From contig JBHLKY010000016.1 in the NCBI GenBank assembly GCA_048886185.1, forward strand, positions 88,560-120,559: a stretch of DNA of 32,000 nucleotides. The letters run 5' to 3'. A program made the translations under genes and the position numbers. Source of the DNA: Candidatus Hermodarchaeota archaeon (lineage in GTDB: Archaea; Asgardarchaeota; Heimdallarchaeia; Hodarchaeales; Hodarchaeaceae). The notes beneath the pieces were generated by a model that saw only the letters and a list, made by a program, of their open reading frames with translations, did not search any database and had not been told where the DNA came from. Numbering within the stretch: position 1 is the first letter of the stretch; each line of letters opens with the position of its first letter. Of this stretch, positions 1 through 8,496 are shown piece after piece.

Positions 1-380
1 GTTAGAATAGATTTTTTGTCTTGTAAAACTTTAGCAAGTTTTTCAATAGTATTAATTTCGCCAATCCTCATTTGTTCGCGGCGTGTTGCAAAAATTAATT
101 CAATTGCTGCCTTAGGGTCTCCATTACGAATTGTATCAGGTTCAATAAGTTGAATCAATTTCAAAAAAACTGGTAGAAGAGCGTTTTCAATACTCGCCAT
201 AGGATGAGTATCAAGTAATAGTTCAATTGCTGTTTTCAAGCTATATTTATCCAATCTGGTGTTCAATCGAAAACATTCACGTTTAAGGGTGCTTAAACAT
301 TTATCAGCGATTTTTGCTGCACCACTTTGAGTGTCATTATGAATTGCTTTGACTTCTCTTCGGAACACATTGGATAGCAA
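1..380 (-). CDS. eIF-2B alpha/beta/delta-family protein (aIF-2B / sugar-phosphate isomerase-like), N-terminal part, runs off the window edge
   Basis: Not in the ORF track. Manual translation from TTG (380-378) is open to base 1: MLSNVFRREVKAIHNDTQSGAAKIADKCL...LLDTHPMASIENALL...EKLAKVLQDKKSILT. The D-x-x-SGA, HP-MA-x-I-x-N and ILT pattern matches the eIF-2B-like N-terminal helical domain leading into the Rossmann domain. Confidence 0.7.
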   Translation of the reverse strand, partial: MLSNVFRREVKAIHNDTQSGAAKIADKCLSTLKRECFRLNTRLDKYSLKTAIELLLDTHPMASIENALLPVFLKLIQLIEPDTIRNGDPKAAIELIFATRREQMRIGEINTIEKLAKVLQDKKSIL

Positions 381-534
381 TTAAACCACTACTTTTACTG
401 CAAAATAATGAAAATCAAGTAAATTGTAATTCATCAGAACTTTCCGAATTATTTGATCTATGATAAAACACATGTAAAATTTTGATTTTAAACAATTTCA
501 TTCTGATTCTCGCATTCTCGAAAAGCGTACATAA

Positions 535-1230
535 TTAATATTTTGTCTTTTTTATTCTAGTATGCACTAAAGTGAATTCTTTAGCTAATTTCCCCAATTC
601 ACTTGCTTCTTGTATATTAAGATGATAAGGTGATTTTTTATCAATATTATTAGTCGCTTCAATGTATGCATGGGAGGCATTTCTCAGAAAATTGGGAAGA
701 TTTTCGTTCATACCTGTATCCCCAGTGAAAACAAGCCATTTTTCTTTTCCTTTGAATATGGAGTATCCTAGTGCAGGAATTTCATCTAATATTCCATGAG
801 AGAGGGTCGATCCCATATGTTTCATTTGAGCTGTGACAATCTTCACTTCCTCTGAAATATAGATTTTATCTTGAGACTGTAAACTGGAAGTTTTAAGATC
901 AAAAGGTATAGTCTCTCGATATGACGTTGAAAATAAATTAATCAGACCTTCTATTTCAATAGAACGTGAGGGGTAATAAATCTTAACTGGAGAGGACTGT
1001 CCAATCATTCGTAAAAAACCTAGTAGGGAAAATAGCCCTCCACAGTGATCATAGTGGCCATGTGTGAGAAATATATGCAATGGAACAGATAACGGAAAAG
1101 ATATTCCTTCTTTCAGTAAATCTCGGATGATACCGTCTCCCACATCTAGTAAGATAATCATTCTCTGAGGTTCTTGTACTAGGATCTGAGTGGCAATTCC
1201 AGCACTAGAATATAGAACTTTGTGATACAA
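535..1230 (-). CDS. Metallo-beta-lactamase-fold hydrolase, RNase Z/BN-like
   Basis: Has LLDVGDG, the HxHxDH motif THGHYDHCGG, FTGDTG, IEAT and a C-terminal VHT. Short (231 aa) with no obvious exosite arm. TTG start. Confidence 0.85.
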   Translation of the reverse strand: MYHKVLYSSAGIATQILVQEPQRMIILLDVGDGIIRDLLKEGISFPLSVPLHIFLTHGHYDHCGGLFSLLGFLRMIGQSSPVKIYYPSRSIEIEGLINLFSTSYRETIPFDLKTSSLQSQDKIYISEEVKIVTAQMKHMGSTLSHGILDEIPALGYSIFKGKEKWLVFTGDTGMNENLPNFLRNASHAYIEATNNIDKKSPYHLNIQEASELGKLAKEFTLVHTRIKKTKY

Positions 1231-1239
1231 TATAATGAC

Positions 1240-2322
1240 CTAGTCTGGGAAAGAATTCCAATTCAAAAGTTTTTCAATCAATTGACATCGGAGAATAACT
1301 TCATTCTGAATACCTGTTTCTCCTCCGAAGATATCAGTCATCCCCTGTATATGAATGATACTCATTAGAATCATCAACGCTAAATGGAAATTCACAGGTA
1401 TATAGTTTCCTTCTGAATAATATTTTGAGAATGAAGTTTGTTCATGAGCTAAGACTTCATTATATCCAGAAAGGAAGGATTTTATGTTCATTCGAAATTT
1501 CGTTAATGATTTATCTTGACGATATTGGTCAACAGCCTCAACAGCAAAGAAATTACAGATATCCTCTAAACGATCATGTTCTGTGGATGTATCCAAATAT
1601 TCCGGATCAATAAGATGTGTGTGGATCATTGGAGTTTGGCCTATTCGAACATCAAAGATTAAATTCCCAGGGTGAAAGTCTCCAAAGCTTAAAGATCCTG
1701 ATGATTTAGAGGTTTGTTCTGCTCGAGGCACTACTTCGGCAAAGAGGTTTGTTAGAACTTGTTTGTAATCCTTTGTAGCTGGTAAGTTCTCCAAACTTCT
1801 TGATAAAAGCAGTTTATATTTATCAAACCAACATCGGCTTGATTTTGAACCATGAAAAGCGGCAAGACCTCTTCCTGCATATCTATATTTTTGAGGTCGA
1901 GGGATTTTTGAATCACGAAAAACGTCTCCTTGGATCCCTTCCATTACTATAACACTTCTGGAGAAAAATATGACAGCTGCTGAAGAGATTCCAAAATGAG
2001 AGTATCTTTCCTGCGAAAGACGAGTCTGAAGGATGTTTATTCGTTTAACAACCTCTAAGGCTTGCTCCTGTTTATCATATATCTTGACAGCTATACTTGC
2101 TTCATCTGAGCCTAAATCTGAATCGAGTTGAACTTTAACAATATGAATACCTGTTGCACCTAATTTCCGCTCAACTGTAATATTTCGGACTTCGATGGTA
2201 TTTGGAGTTTGATTATAAGATTTTTCTAGACATAAAACGAAATATTCAGAGAAACCTTCAATTATTCGCATTAAAACTGCTTTTAACCGCTCTGGGTGGG
2301 AATCATTCATGTTAGCTTTCAA
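1240..2322 (-). CDS. APH/choline-kinase-like phosphotransferase (protein-kinase-like fold)
   Basis: Has Gly-loop-like LGATG, IAVKIY (catalytic Lys), VIVME hinge, catalytic loop FGDFHPGNL and metal-binding LIDPE. An alternative ATG start lies 4 codons in. Confidence 0.7.
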   Translation of the reverse strand: MKANMNDSHPERLKAVLMRIIEGFSEYFVLCLEKSYNQTPNTIEVRNITVERKLGATGIHIVKVQLDSDLGSDEASIAVKIYDKQEQALEVVKRINILQTRLSQERYSHFGISSAAVIFFSRSVIVMEGIQGDVFRDSKIPRPQKYRYAGRGLAAFHGSKSSRCWFDKYKLLLSRSLENLPATKDYKQVLTNLFAEVVPRAEQTSKSSGSLSFGDFHPGNLIFDVRIGQTPMIHTHLIDPEYLDTSTEHDRLEDICNFFAVEAVDQYRQDKSLTKFRMNIKSFLSGYNEVLAHEQTSFSKYYSEGNYIPVNFHLALMILMSIIHIQGMTDIFGGETGIQNEVILRCQLIEKLLNWNSFPD

Positions 2323-2382
2323 TCTATCTTCACCGCTAATAAATTTATTTCAATCATTAAAACAAGAAAAAACAAATAATTC

Positions 2383-2390
2383 TATAAATA
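2383..2390 (+). promoter_or_regulatory. Candidate archaeal TATA box for dcd
   Basis: TATAAATA lies ~28-35 nt upstream of the ATG at 2418 in a short divergent intergenic region, a spacing compatible with a leaderless transcript. Confidence 0.4.
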
Positions 2391-2417
2391 AAAAAGCAAT
2401 TCCGGTGAAAATTAGCC

Positions 2418-2966
2418 ATGATACTATCTTATCAAGATATTTTAGCAGCAATTGAAGCTCATGAGATATTTATCTCCCCATTTGATGGCTCTGCTGTAGG
2501 CCCATGTAGTATTGACCTAAAACTAGGTGATACCTTTTTAGTATTCCATCATGGCAGGTTGTTCCGCCCTAATGATCGAGAAGCCATTTTGAAAAATTCT
2601 GAAGTGTTTAGGATTAAGGAGGATGAGGTGTTTCTTTTGTCACCTAATCAATTTGTTCTTGCTTCAACACTTGAAAAAATATCAATTTCAAAGAAGTATG
2701 CTGCCACTCTGGAGGGGAAATCCTCAATCGCAAGATTGGGGATTGTTGTCCAAGCTGCAGGATTGGTGAATCCAGGTACAGGTTTAAAGGATCCTACGAC
2801 GTTAACACTTGAAATAGCTCATCAAGCGAATTCACCAGTGGAATTAATACCAGGAATGCCTATTATTCAGATAATTTTTCATCGTTTAACCTCTGAATCT
2901 CAGATTGGGTATGATGATAGAGAAGGAAGCCAATATAAAGGCCTAGATGCGGAACCAAGAGTCTAG
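2418..2966 (+). CDS. dcd: dCTP deaminase family protein (trimeric dUTPase fold) with atypical motif residues
   Basis: Has MILS, SIDLKLG, FVLASTLE, GKSSIARLG, TLEI and PGMPIIQIIF, all typical of the family. The usual H and DPG[FWY] positions read Q and NPGT. Confidence 0.85.
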   Translation: MILSYQDILAAIEAHEIFISPFDGSAVGPCSIDLKLGDTFLVFHHGRLFRPNDREAILKNSEVFRIKEDEVFLLSPNQFVLASTLEKISISKKYAATLEGKSSIARLGIVVQAAGLVNPGTGLKDPTTLTLEIAHQANSPVELIPGMPIIQIIFHRLTSESQIGYDDREGSQYKGLDAEPRV

Positions 2967-3008
2967 TCAAATTTGTAACTGATTGATTATCTATTCTAAA
3001 ATGATGTT

Positions 3009-5501
3009 TCAAAGTTTCCTTTTACTAGTACTACTTTTTGCTTTGTTAATGAATAAAATGTATATGATTCCAAGGGCTATTATCAATAATATAAAAACCA
3101 GAGTATAAGGAAGTTCTGGAATACTCGTTGAAGTGTGAACATACTCTCTCTTTGCCTCTGCAAGCCAAGTGATACAATTTAGTGCTAAAATGCTGTTTGT
3201 CAAGCTATCTCCATTATATGCATAATTTGAGAACCCAATATTATCAAAAACTAGATCCGAGCCGAAAAGTAAAACCCTTCCTCCCATAGGATTTTTATAA
3301 GAGGCCATTGTCGGATTCTCATTGTATTCCGCAATAACTTGAGTATTTGACCCTGTTATTTGAATATAGTTGCCACGAAAAGGAAAAGAGGAAATATCCG
3401 CTGTAAAATCCTGTGGGTTGACAATGTCACTCATAACGGGGGCACCCCCTAAGAATCCACTTTGAATTTGGAGGTTGAAGTGTTCAAGAAATCTGTTTAA
3501 TCCTGTGATATTGAAATAAGCGTCATTATTTGCGGAAATCACCAATAATCCTCCACCCATATTGATAAACTGAAAAATGGCTTCTGAGGAATCTGTTGTC
3601 AATGAAAGATATTCAGGGTCTGGATTTACGACCCAATCCATATAATTGTCAGTGGAATTAGAAAAAGGATTAGCCAAAATCAAAACATCAAATTTTAAAA
3701 GCTTTTCAAGGGTTATCTCTCCTTTCACATGGGGAACAACACTGTAATTATTCTCATAAGCTAAAAATTGGGTGAAAGCAGAATACATTCCAATAGTACC
3801 TGAAGTATCTCCAAAATTTTCAAAGGCCCCTGTACCATAACCATGTTTAACGATTTGATTTAGAGTTTCATCAAAAAGAATTTGAATATCTGTTTCTCTG
3901 ATCTCAAATTTAACTTCTAAGGATGAATTATTTACATTGATAAAGCCTGATATACTCTGAGAACTAGCTGAATCTGGAATTGTGAAATTTAAGGGAACTA
4001 AAGTTGTATTATTTATTATGTAGTAAGGATTTGGTGTACTTACAAAATCAGTAAGTGTCTCAGATATATCAATTGTGACATTAATGGCTCTACTAGTAAT
4101 CACCGAAAGATTGAATTCAACAGAGCTACCATTAAATAAGATTGAGTAAGGGTCAAACGGCAATTTCTGCGGATGAAGATATACTAAATCAGGAGTATTA
4201 TCTATCTTATCTGTTGAGTTTAAAACTTCTAGAGAACGACTAACATTAATAAAACCCGCTCCTTCCTCCCAAATAGGCCTTCTAAGCGTTCTAGCTCCAG
4301 CAAGAAGAGCTGCTTTAATAGTTGCGGCTGAATAGTTAAGACTTTCGTTTTTAAGATAATTAATGAGTAAAGCGGCTGCACCAGCTACAATTGGTGCTGC
4401 AAATGAGGTTCCCTCCCAAGGTGTATTAATTCCAGGGGCTGTTATATCAGGTTTAATAGAATAATCTATTTTTGGTCCTCTTGATGCAAAATTTGCGATA
4501 GAATTTCCTGCGATATCACTTGCTGTCGCCGCAATACATTGAAGTGCAGAAGAAGGATTATTTAATGTTCCTCTGTCACCAAAAGAAGTCCCTGAGTTAC
4601 CTACAGAAACACTAAATACGACATTATGTATAATTGATGCATAATTAATAATCTCGTCTCTCAATCCGCTGGGTAAGTTATGATACTGACCAAGAGATAT
4701 GTTGATGACGTCAACTGAATTATTCACAAGAAAATCAATTGCTTCGAGCATTCCTGCTGTAGTTTCTTCAGCTCCTCCATTACCTGCTCCTGTTACCTCA
4801 TACGAGTGTATGACCTTGGCACTATAGATCATAGCCTCTGGGGCTATCCCAGTTGTTGTACCAGCTGCTAAACTTGCAACATTCGTTCCATGTTCTAGAA
4901 CTGGATCGGGATCAGTAATATCAGTAGAGTAACCATTTCTAATACTTACAAATGATTCCTGATCTATAACTCGTGTTCCAAATTTTCCTGGGTCATCCTC
5001 CACTCCTGTATCTATTATTCCAATTTTAACATTTTGACCTTTAAACCCTAAATTATGTAGAAGGCTTGCACCTATCGAATCTTGAATTTCTGTAGTAATC
5101 CTACTCTTACTAGAAACGGAATTTGGAACAATGCTCGGAAAACTCTTCAAAACGTGGTTAGACTCGATTCGATAGATTTTTTCATGATAGGTTTTAATGA
5201 AAAGGCTTTTTATCACAGAGTTATTGAATTTAATATAAATAACTGGAAAATTAGAATATTTTTTAACGATTAAGGACTCAAAAGTTGTTAGCTTTGGAAT
5301 CCTATCGTAGAACATCACCAAAAGATCAAGAGAATGGTTTTTGTTATTTAAAAAATTACTACTTATGTTTGATTCTAATTTATAGGAGTTAATATTATCA
5401 TTGATTGGATATTTAACTGAAAATAAAGGCATGAACGACACAATAAGAAATATTGGGAAAAAATATCGTGAAACTCTATAAATTGGGCGCATTTTATTCA
5501 T
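3009..5501 (-). CDS. Membrane-anchored S8 (subtilisin-like) serine protease with S1P/MBTPS1-like architecture
   Basis: N-terminal hydrophobic leader and prodomain. Triad DTG / HGT / GTSFAAP with oxyanion VGN. Followed by an Ig-like region, a GATase1/DUF4350-like domain (ILFDET...FDVLILANP...GGGLLVIS), a C-terminal TM helix and a short basic tail. Confidence 0.9.
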   Translation of the reverse strand: MNKMRPIYRVSRYFFPIFLIVSFMPLFSVKYPINDNINSYKLESNISSNFLNNKNHSLDLLVMFYDRIPKLTTFESLIVKKYSNFPVIYIKFNNSVIKSLFIKTYHEKIYRIESNHVLKSFPSIVPNSVSSKSRITTEIQDSIGASLLHNLGFKGQNVKIGIIDTGVEDDPGKFGTRVIDQESFVSIRNGYSTDITDPDPVLEHGTNVASLAAGTTTGIAPEAMIYSAKVIHSYEVTGAGNGGAEETTAGMLEAIDFLVNNSVDVINISLGQYHNLPSGLRDEIINYASIIHNVVFSVSVGNSGTSFGDRGTLNNPSSALQCIAATASDIAGNSIANFASRGPKIDYSIKPDITAPGINTPWEGTSFAAPIVAGAAALLINYLKNESLNYSAATIKAALLAGARTLRRPIWEEGAGFINVSRSLEVLNSTDKIDNTPDLVYLHPQKLPFDPYSILFNGSSVEFNLSVITSRAINVTIDISETLTDFVSTPNPYYIINNTTLVPLNFTIPDSASSQSISGFINVNNSSLEVKFEIRETDIQILFDETLNQIVKHGYGTGAFENFGDTSGTIGMYSAFTQFLAYENNYSVVPHVKGEITLEKLLKFDVLILANPFSNSTDNYMDWVVNPDPEYLSLTTDSSEAIFQFINMGGGLLVISANNDAYFNITGLNRFLEHFNLQIQSGFLGGAPVMSDIVNPQDFTADISSFPFRGNYIQITGSNTQVIAEYNENPTMASYKNPMGGRVLLFGSDLVFDNIGFSNYAYNGDSLTNSILALNCITWLAEAKREYVHTSTSIPELPYTLVFILLIIALGIIYILFINKAKSSTSKRKL

Positions 5502-5509
5502 TCCAGCAT

Positions 5510-6391
5510 TTAAAGCCAGCTAAGTACAGTGACTACATTTTTTATGGATTTTTCTTCCAGTTGGTGGATTTGAATTCCTTTTCCAACTTCTATCATAAAA
5601 TCTCGGGTTCCCACCCCTATCCATGGACCAGAGTTCATAAATTTGAGAGAAATTTCATGACGTTGCTCTAGAGTTTCCACACCCCTGATAACATTGTCTC
5701 CTTGGATTATAATCTGATTTAATCCCTCTATACCAGATGTTTCCAAAGAAATTTTGATTTTCAAACGAGTTAAAGTAAAAGATGGGTCATCACCACTCCT
5801 AGTTTTAGTTAAAGATCTAATTTCCCTCGCACGGATTGTCTTTTGTTTTACTTTATTAGGTTCATTTGTTATGAATGGGAGTATTTCATCATCTAAAATC
5901 TTTCTTGATAGATCTTTTGGTTCCAAAAGGATTATATTTATTGAAGGGAAGTAGATGTATCGGAACATCCTTCTGAGTAGAGTTGACCTAGAAGAGAATT
6001 CAATGAGTATAAGAATGGCATACTCACTGATTTTTTTAGTAGAAAAACATCCTCTAATCCTTGAATAGGCTTCTGGGGAGTATTTTTCAACATTAAAGGT
6101 TTTTTGCCGCTTTTGAAGGTGAGATAACGGTAATTTTGTAGATAATTGATAAACTTCCCACCATATGGTTGAAATATTAAGAATATCTGCGAACTTGCGA
6201 AGTTGTTTCAGTTTAGATTCTTTCATGTTCTTAAGAAGACGAATAGTGGTTTCTTGATTTTCACTGGATAGAAGTCCATTTGGTTCTAATTTAATAGTAG
6301 AATTATTCCACTTGTCTATTAATTTTGAAAAATAATGTGTGGGAAAATGTGCTAAATAAGCGAATTCTGCCTCAGGACCCACAAAAATCAC
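5510..6391 (-). CDS. Uncharacterised 293-aa protein; motif-level resemblance to CENP-N/Chl4
   Basis: Long ORF with GTG start preceded by AGGA, packed tightly between its neighbours, so the CDS is very likely real. The confidence value refers to the CENP-N-like call, which rests on a by-eye alignment to the remembered human sequence. Confidence 0.5.
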   Translation of the reverse strand: MIFVGPEAEFAYLAHFPTHYFSKLIDKWNNSTIKLEPNGLLSSENQETTIRLLKNMKESKLKQLRKFADILNISTIWWEVYQLSTKLPLSHLQKRQKTFNVEKYSPEAYSRIRGCFSTKKISEYAILILIEFSSRSTLLRRMFRYIYFPSINIILLEPKDLSRKILDDEILPFITNEPNKVKQKTIRAREIRSLTKTRSGDDPSFTLTRLKIKISLETSGIEGLNQIIIQGDNVIRGVETLEQRHEISLKFMNSGPWIGVGTRDFMIEVGKGIQIHQLEEKSIKNVVTVLSWL

Positions 6392-6426
6392 TCCTGTTAT
6401 TTAATTTCATCAATGTAAATACCCTC

Positions 6427-6969
6427 TTAAACCTCATCAAAAAAACTTTGAGCTAGGGTTTTAAAAGCATCATCGACTTGAATATTTTCTTTAGCAGAGG
6501 CAGATATATGACCAATAGCGTTGATTTCTTTAGCAAGTTTGATCCCTTCCTCTTCATCAATCATCCTATAATCCTCAAGATCAGCTTTATTTCCAACTAA
6601 AATAGTCTGAATGGTAGATTTTGCTATTCCAGGTTGTCCACAAAATTCCATCAATTCTCTGTACCAAGGATCCTTTACATTCTTTAATGATTCAGCACGA
6701 GTAACATCATAGACAAACATTGCTAGATGGGCGCCCTTAAAGAACATATGACGTATCGCAGCAAATCGTGCTTGGCCACCAATATCATTTATGGATAATG
6801 TTACAGTTCGGCCATCGTTTAATTTCACCTGTTTTGAGGAGATATCTAATCCAACTGTTAGTTGATAGGAATGTCGAAAACGAGCATGTACAAACTGTGA
6901 GATTAATGAAGTCTTACCTACTCCTGGATCACCAAGAAGAACTAATTTAAGAACTAATTTTTGTTTCAT
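6427..6969 (-). CDS. Ras-superfamily small GTPase, Rab-like
   Basis: G1 GDPGVGKT, G2 YQLTVGLD, G3 DIGGQ followed by RF, G4 GNKAD and G5 SAK. No C-terminal Cys prenylation motif. Confidence 0.95.
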   Translation of the reverse strand: MKQKLVLKLVLLGDPGVGKTSLISQFVHARFRHSYQLTVGLDISSKQVKLNDGRTVTLSINDIGGQARFAAIRHMFFKGAHLAMFVYDVTRAESLKNVKDPWYRELMEFCGQPGIAKSTIQTILVGNKADLEDYRMIDEEEGIKLAKEINAIGHISASAKENIQVDDAFKTLAQSFFDEV

Positions 6970-7254
6970 ACGAACTTCAATTCCTGAGTCTGCTTTATAT
7001 GGGGATATTTCTAACTCATCCTTCTTAATTATTGTCTCTTTAGTTAAAATTTATGAGGATTAATAGTTTTTTTAAGTTAATCTTATCGTAATTCGATAAA
7101 ATAGTATTTGATTTTTTTTACTTTCGAAATATCTGCTTTTTTTCGAGGCATTACGAGATGTATTCTGAATTTCGTCTATTTTCCTCTCATTTCCATCTAT
7201 ATGTTTGAATTAGAGAAAAACTAGCTTACAAGATTAATAATAACTATAAACTAA

Positions 7255-7998
7255 TTAGAACTTACGTAAAAAACGTCTTTGCCATAACTTGTTGATGAAT
7301 CGTAATGAAAAACCAAATTCAATTACAAGTAGCATCCATCGAATTGAATCTATTAGAGGTTGAATTCTAGATTTACGTTGATTTTTTGGATAAAGCGTTC
7401 TCACAGGAATATCAATAACTTTTAAATCCAAAATCCATGAAACAAGTAAAATTTCTGTTTCTAGATCGAAATTATTTCTTTTTAATCCGTATTCAAGAAT
7501 CGAGCGTAAAGCATTGGTTTTATAGCATCGAAATCCACATTGTAAGTCCTGAAGATTCCAATTTAACCAGTAATTAGACCAATTTGATGTTAATTTATTT
7601 GAAATCCTATTTATAGGAGGCATTCGATAATATTCACGTTTTCCTATAACGATTTCTGTTTCTGGATTTTGATGGATAGTTTGGAAAAAACGAGGAATAT
7701 CTTGGATGTCATGTTGTCCATCAGCATCAACTGTTATCACCCATTTAACATTAGGAAAGTTCTTGATAATTACAGTAAACGCATTTCTTAAGATATGTCC
7801 CTTTCCTCTATTATTCTTATTTCTAATGATTCTGACACCAATTTTCCGCGCTATCTTAGATGTTTTGTCTGTTGATCCATCATCAGCAAGAACTATTTGA
7901 TTATGAGGGAAAATTGTACTGAGCTCTTCTATAACTTCATGAATAGTATTTTCTTCATTAAATGCTGGTAGTAAAACTAAATAATCAGATATTTTCAA
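7255..7998 (-). CDS. GT2 glycosyltransferase (DPM1/polyprenol-phosphate hexose transferase-like)
   Basis: Has LPAFNEE, DDGSTDKT, NRGKG, DADGQH, DLQCGFR and FDLETEIL. Confidence 0.9.
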   Translation of the reverse strand: MKISDYLVLLPAFNEENTIHEVIEELSTIFPHNQIVLADDGSTDKTSKIARKIGVRIIRNKNNRGKGHILRNAFTVIIKNFPNVKWVITVDADGQHDIQDIPRFFQTIHQNPETEIVIGKREYYRMPPINRISNKLTSNWSNYWLNWNLQDLQCGFRCYKTNALRSILEYGLKRNNFDLETEILLVSWILDLKVIDIPVRTLYPKNQRKSRIQPLIDSIRWMLLVIEFGFSLRFINKLWQRRFLRKF

Positions 7999-8496
7999 TA
8001 TAAAACACTCAAAATCCTGAAATTCTGTTTTTAGATTTAAGATCGGCCTCTTCTAAATATTGTTGACCGATATTGATCTCATGTTATAAAATTCAAACAA
8101 AAAAGTAATGGTTGAATTAACCTTCTCAAATTTTCTCTCAGTATTAATCGGTCTCTTAGAAGTACAATTCGCAGACTATTTTTCTTAAATTACTTCTTAA
8201 CAATTTGTAAAAGGATTTTGATGAGTAATAAAGAAGAGCTTTCATTGTTTAAATCTAGTCACATGAAATGAATAAAATTGTTTCATCATTCGTAATAATT
8301 TTCAGAATAAATAAAAAGATATGAAAGAACCGACTATGTGGTTCTCTTCATTAGAATTTTTACAGAATATTCTTTGAAGTCATGGAGAACGACCATTATA
8401 CAATCCTATTAGAACTAATAATCTTCTATGTTAGGAAAACCAAATCTATCAACTTAAAATCAGGTTATTTATATTATAAATAAAGGAAGAGCTTCC

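Noticed and set aside
3009-3023. C-terminal SKRKL of the first protease as an ER-retrieval di-lysine signal
   Set aside because: The lysines are at -4 and -2, matching neither KKxx nor KxKxx. Basic tails after a TM helix are explained by the positive-inside rule.
7999-8496. 500-bp divergent intergenic region checked for a small gene, ncRNA or pseudogene
   Set aside because: Only very short ORFs, and I saw no stable GC stems or protein-like fragments.
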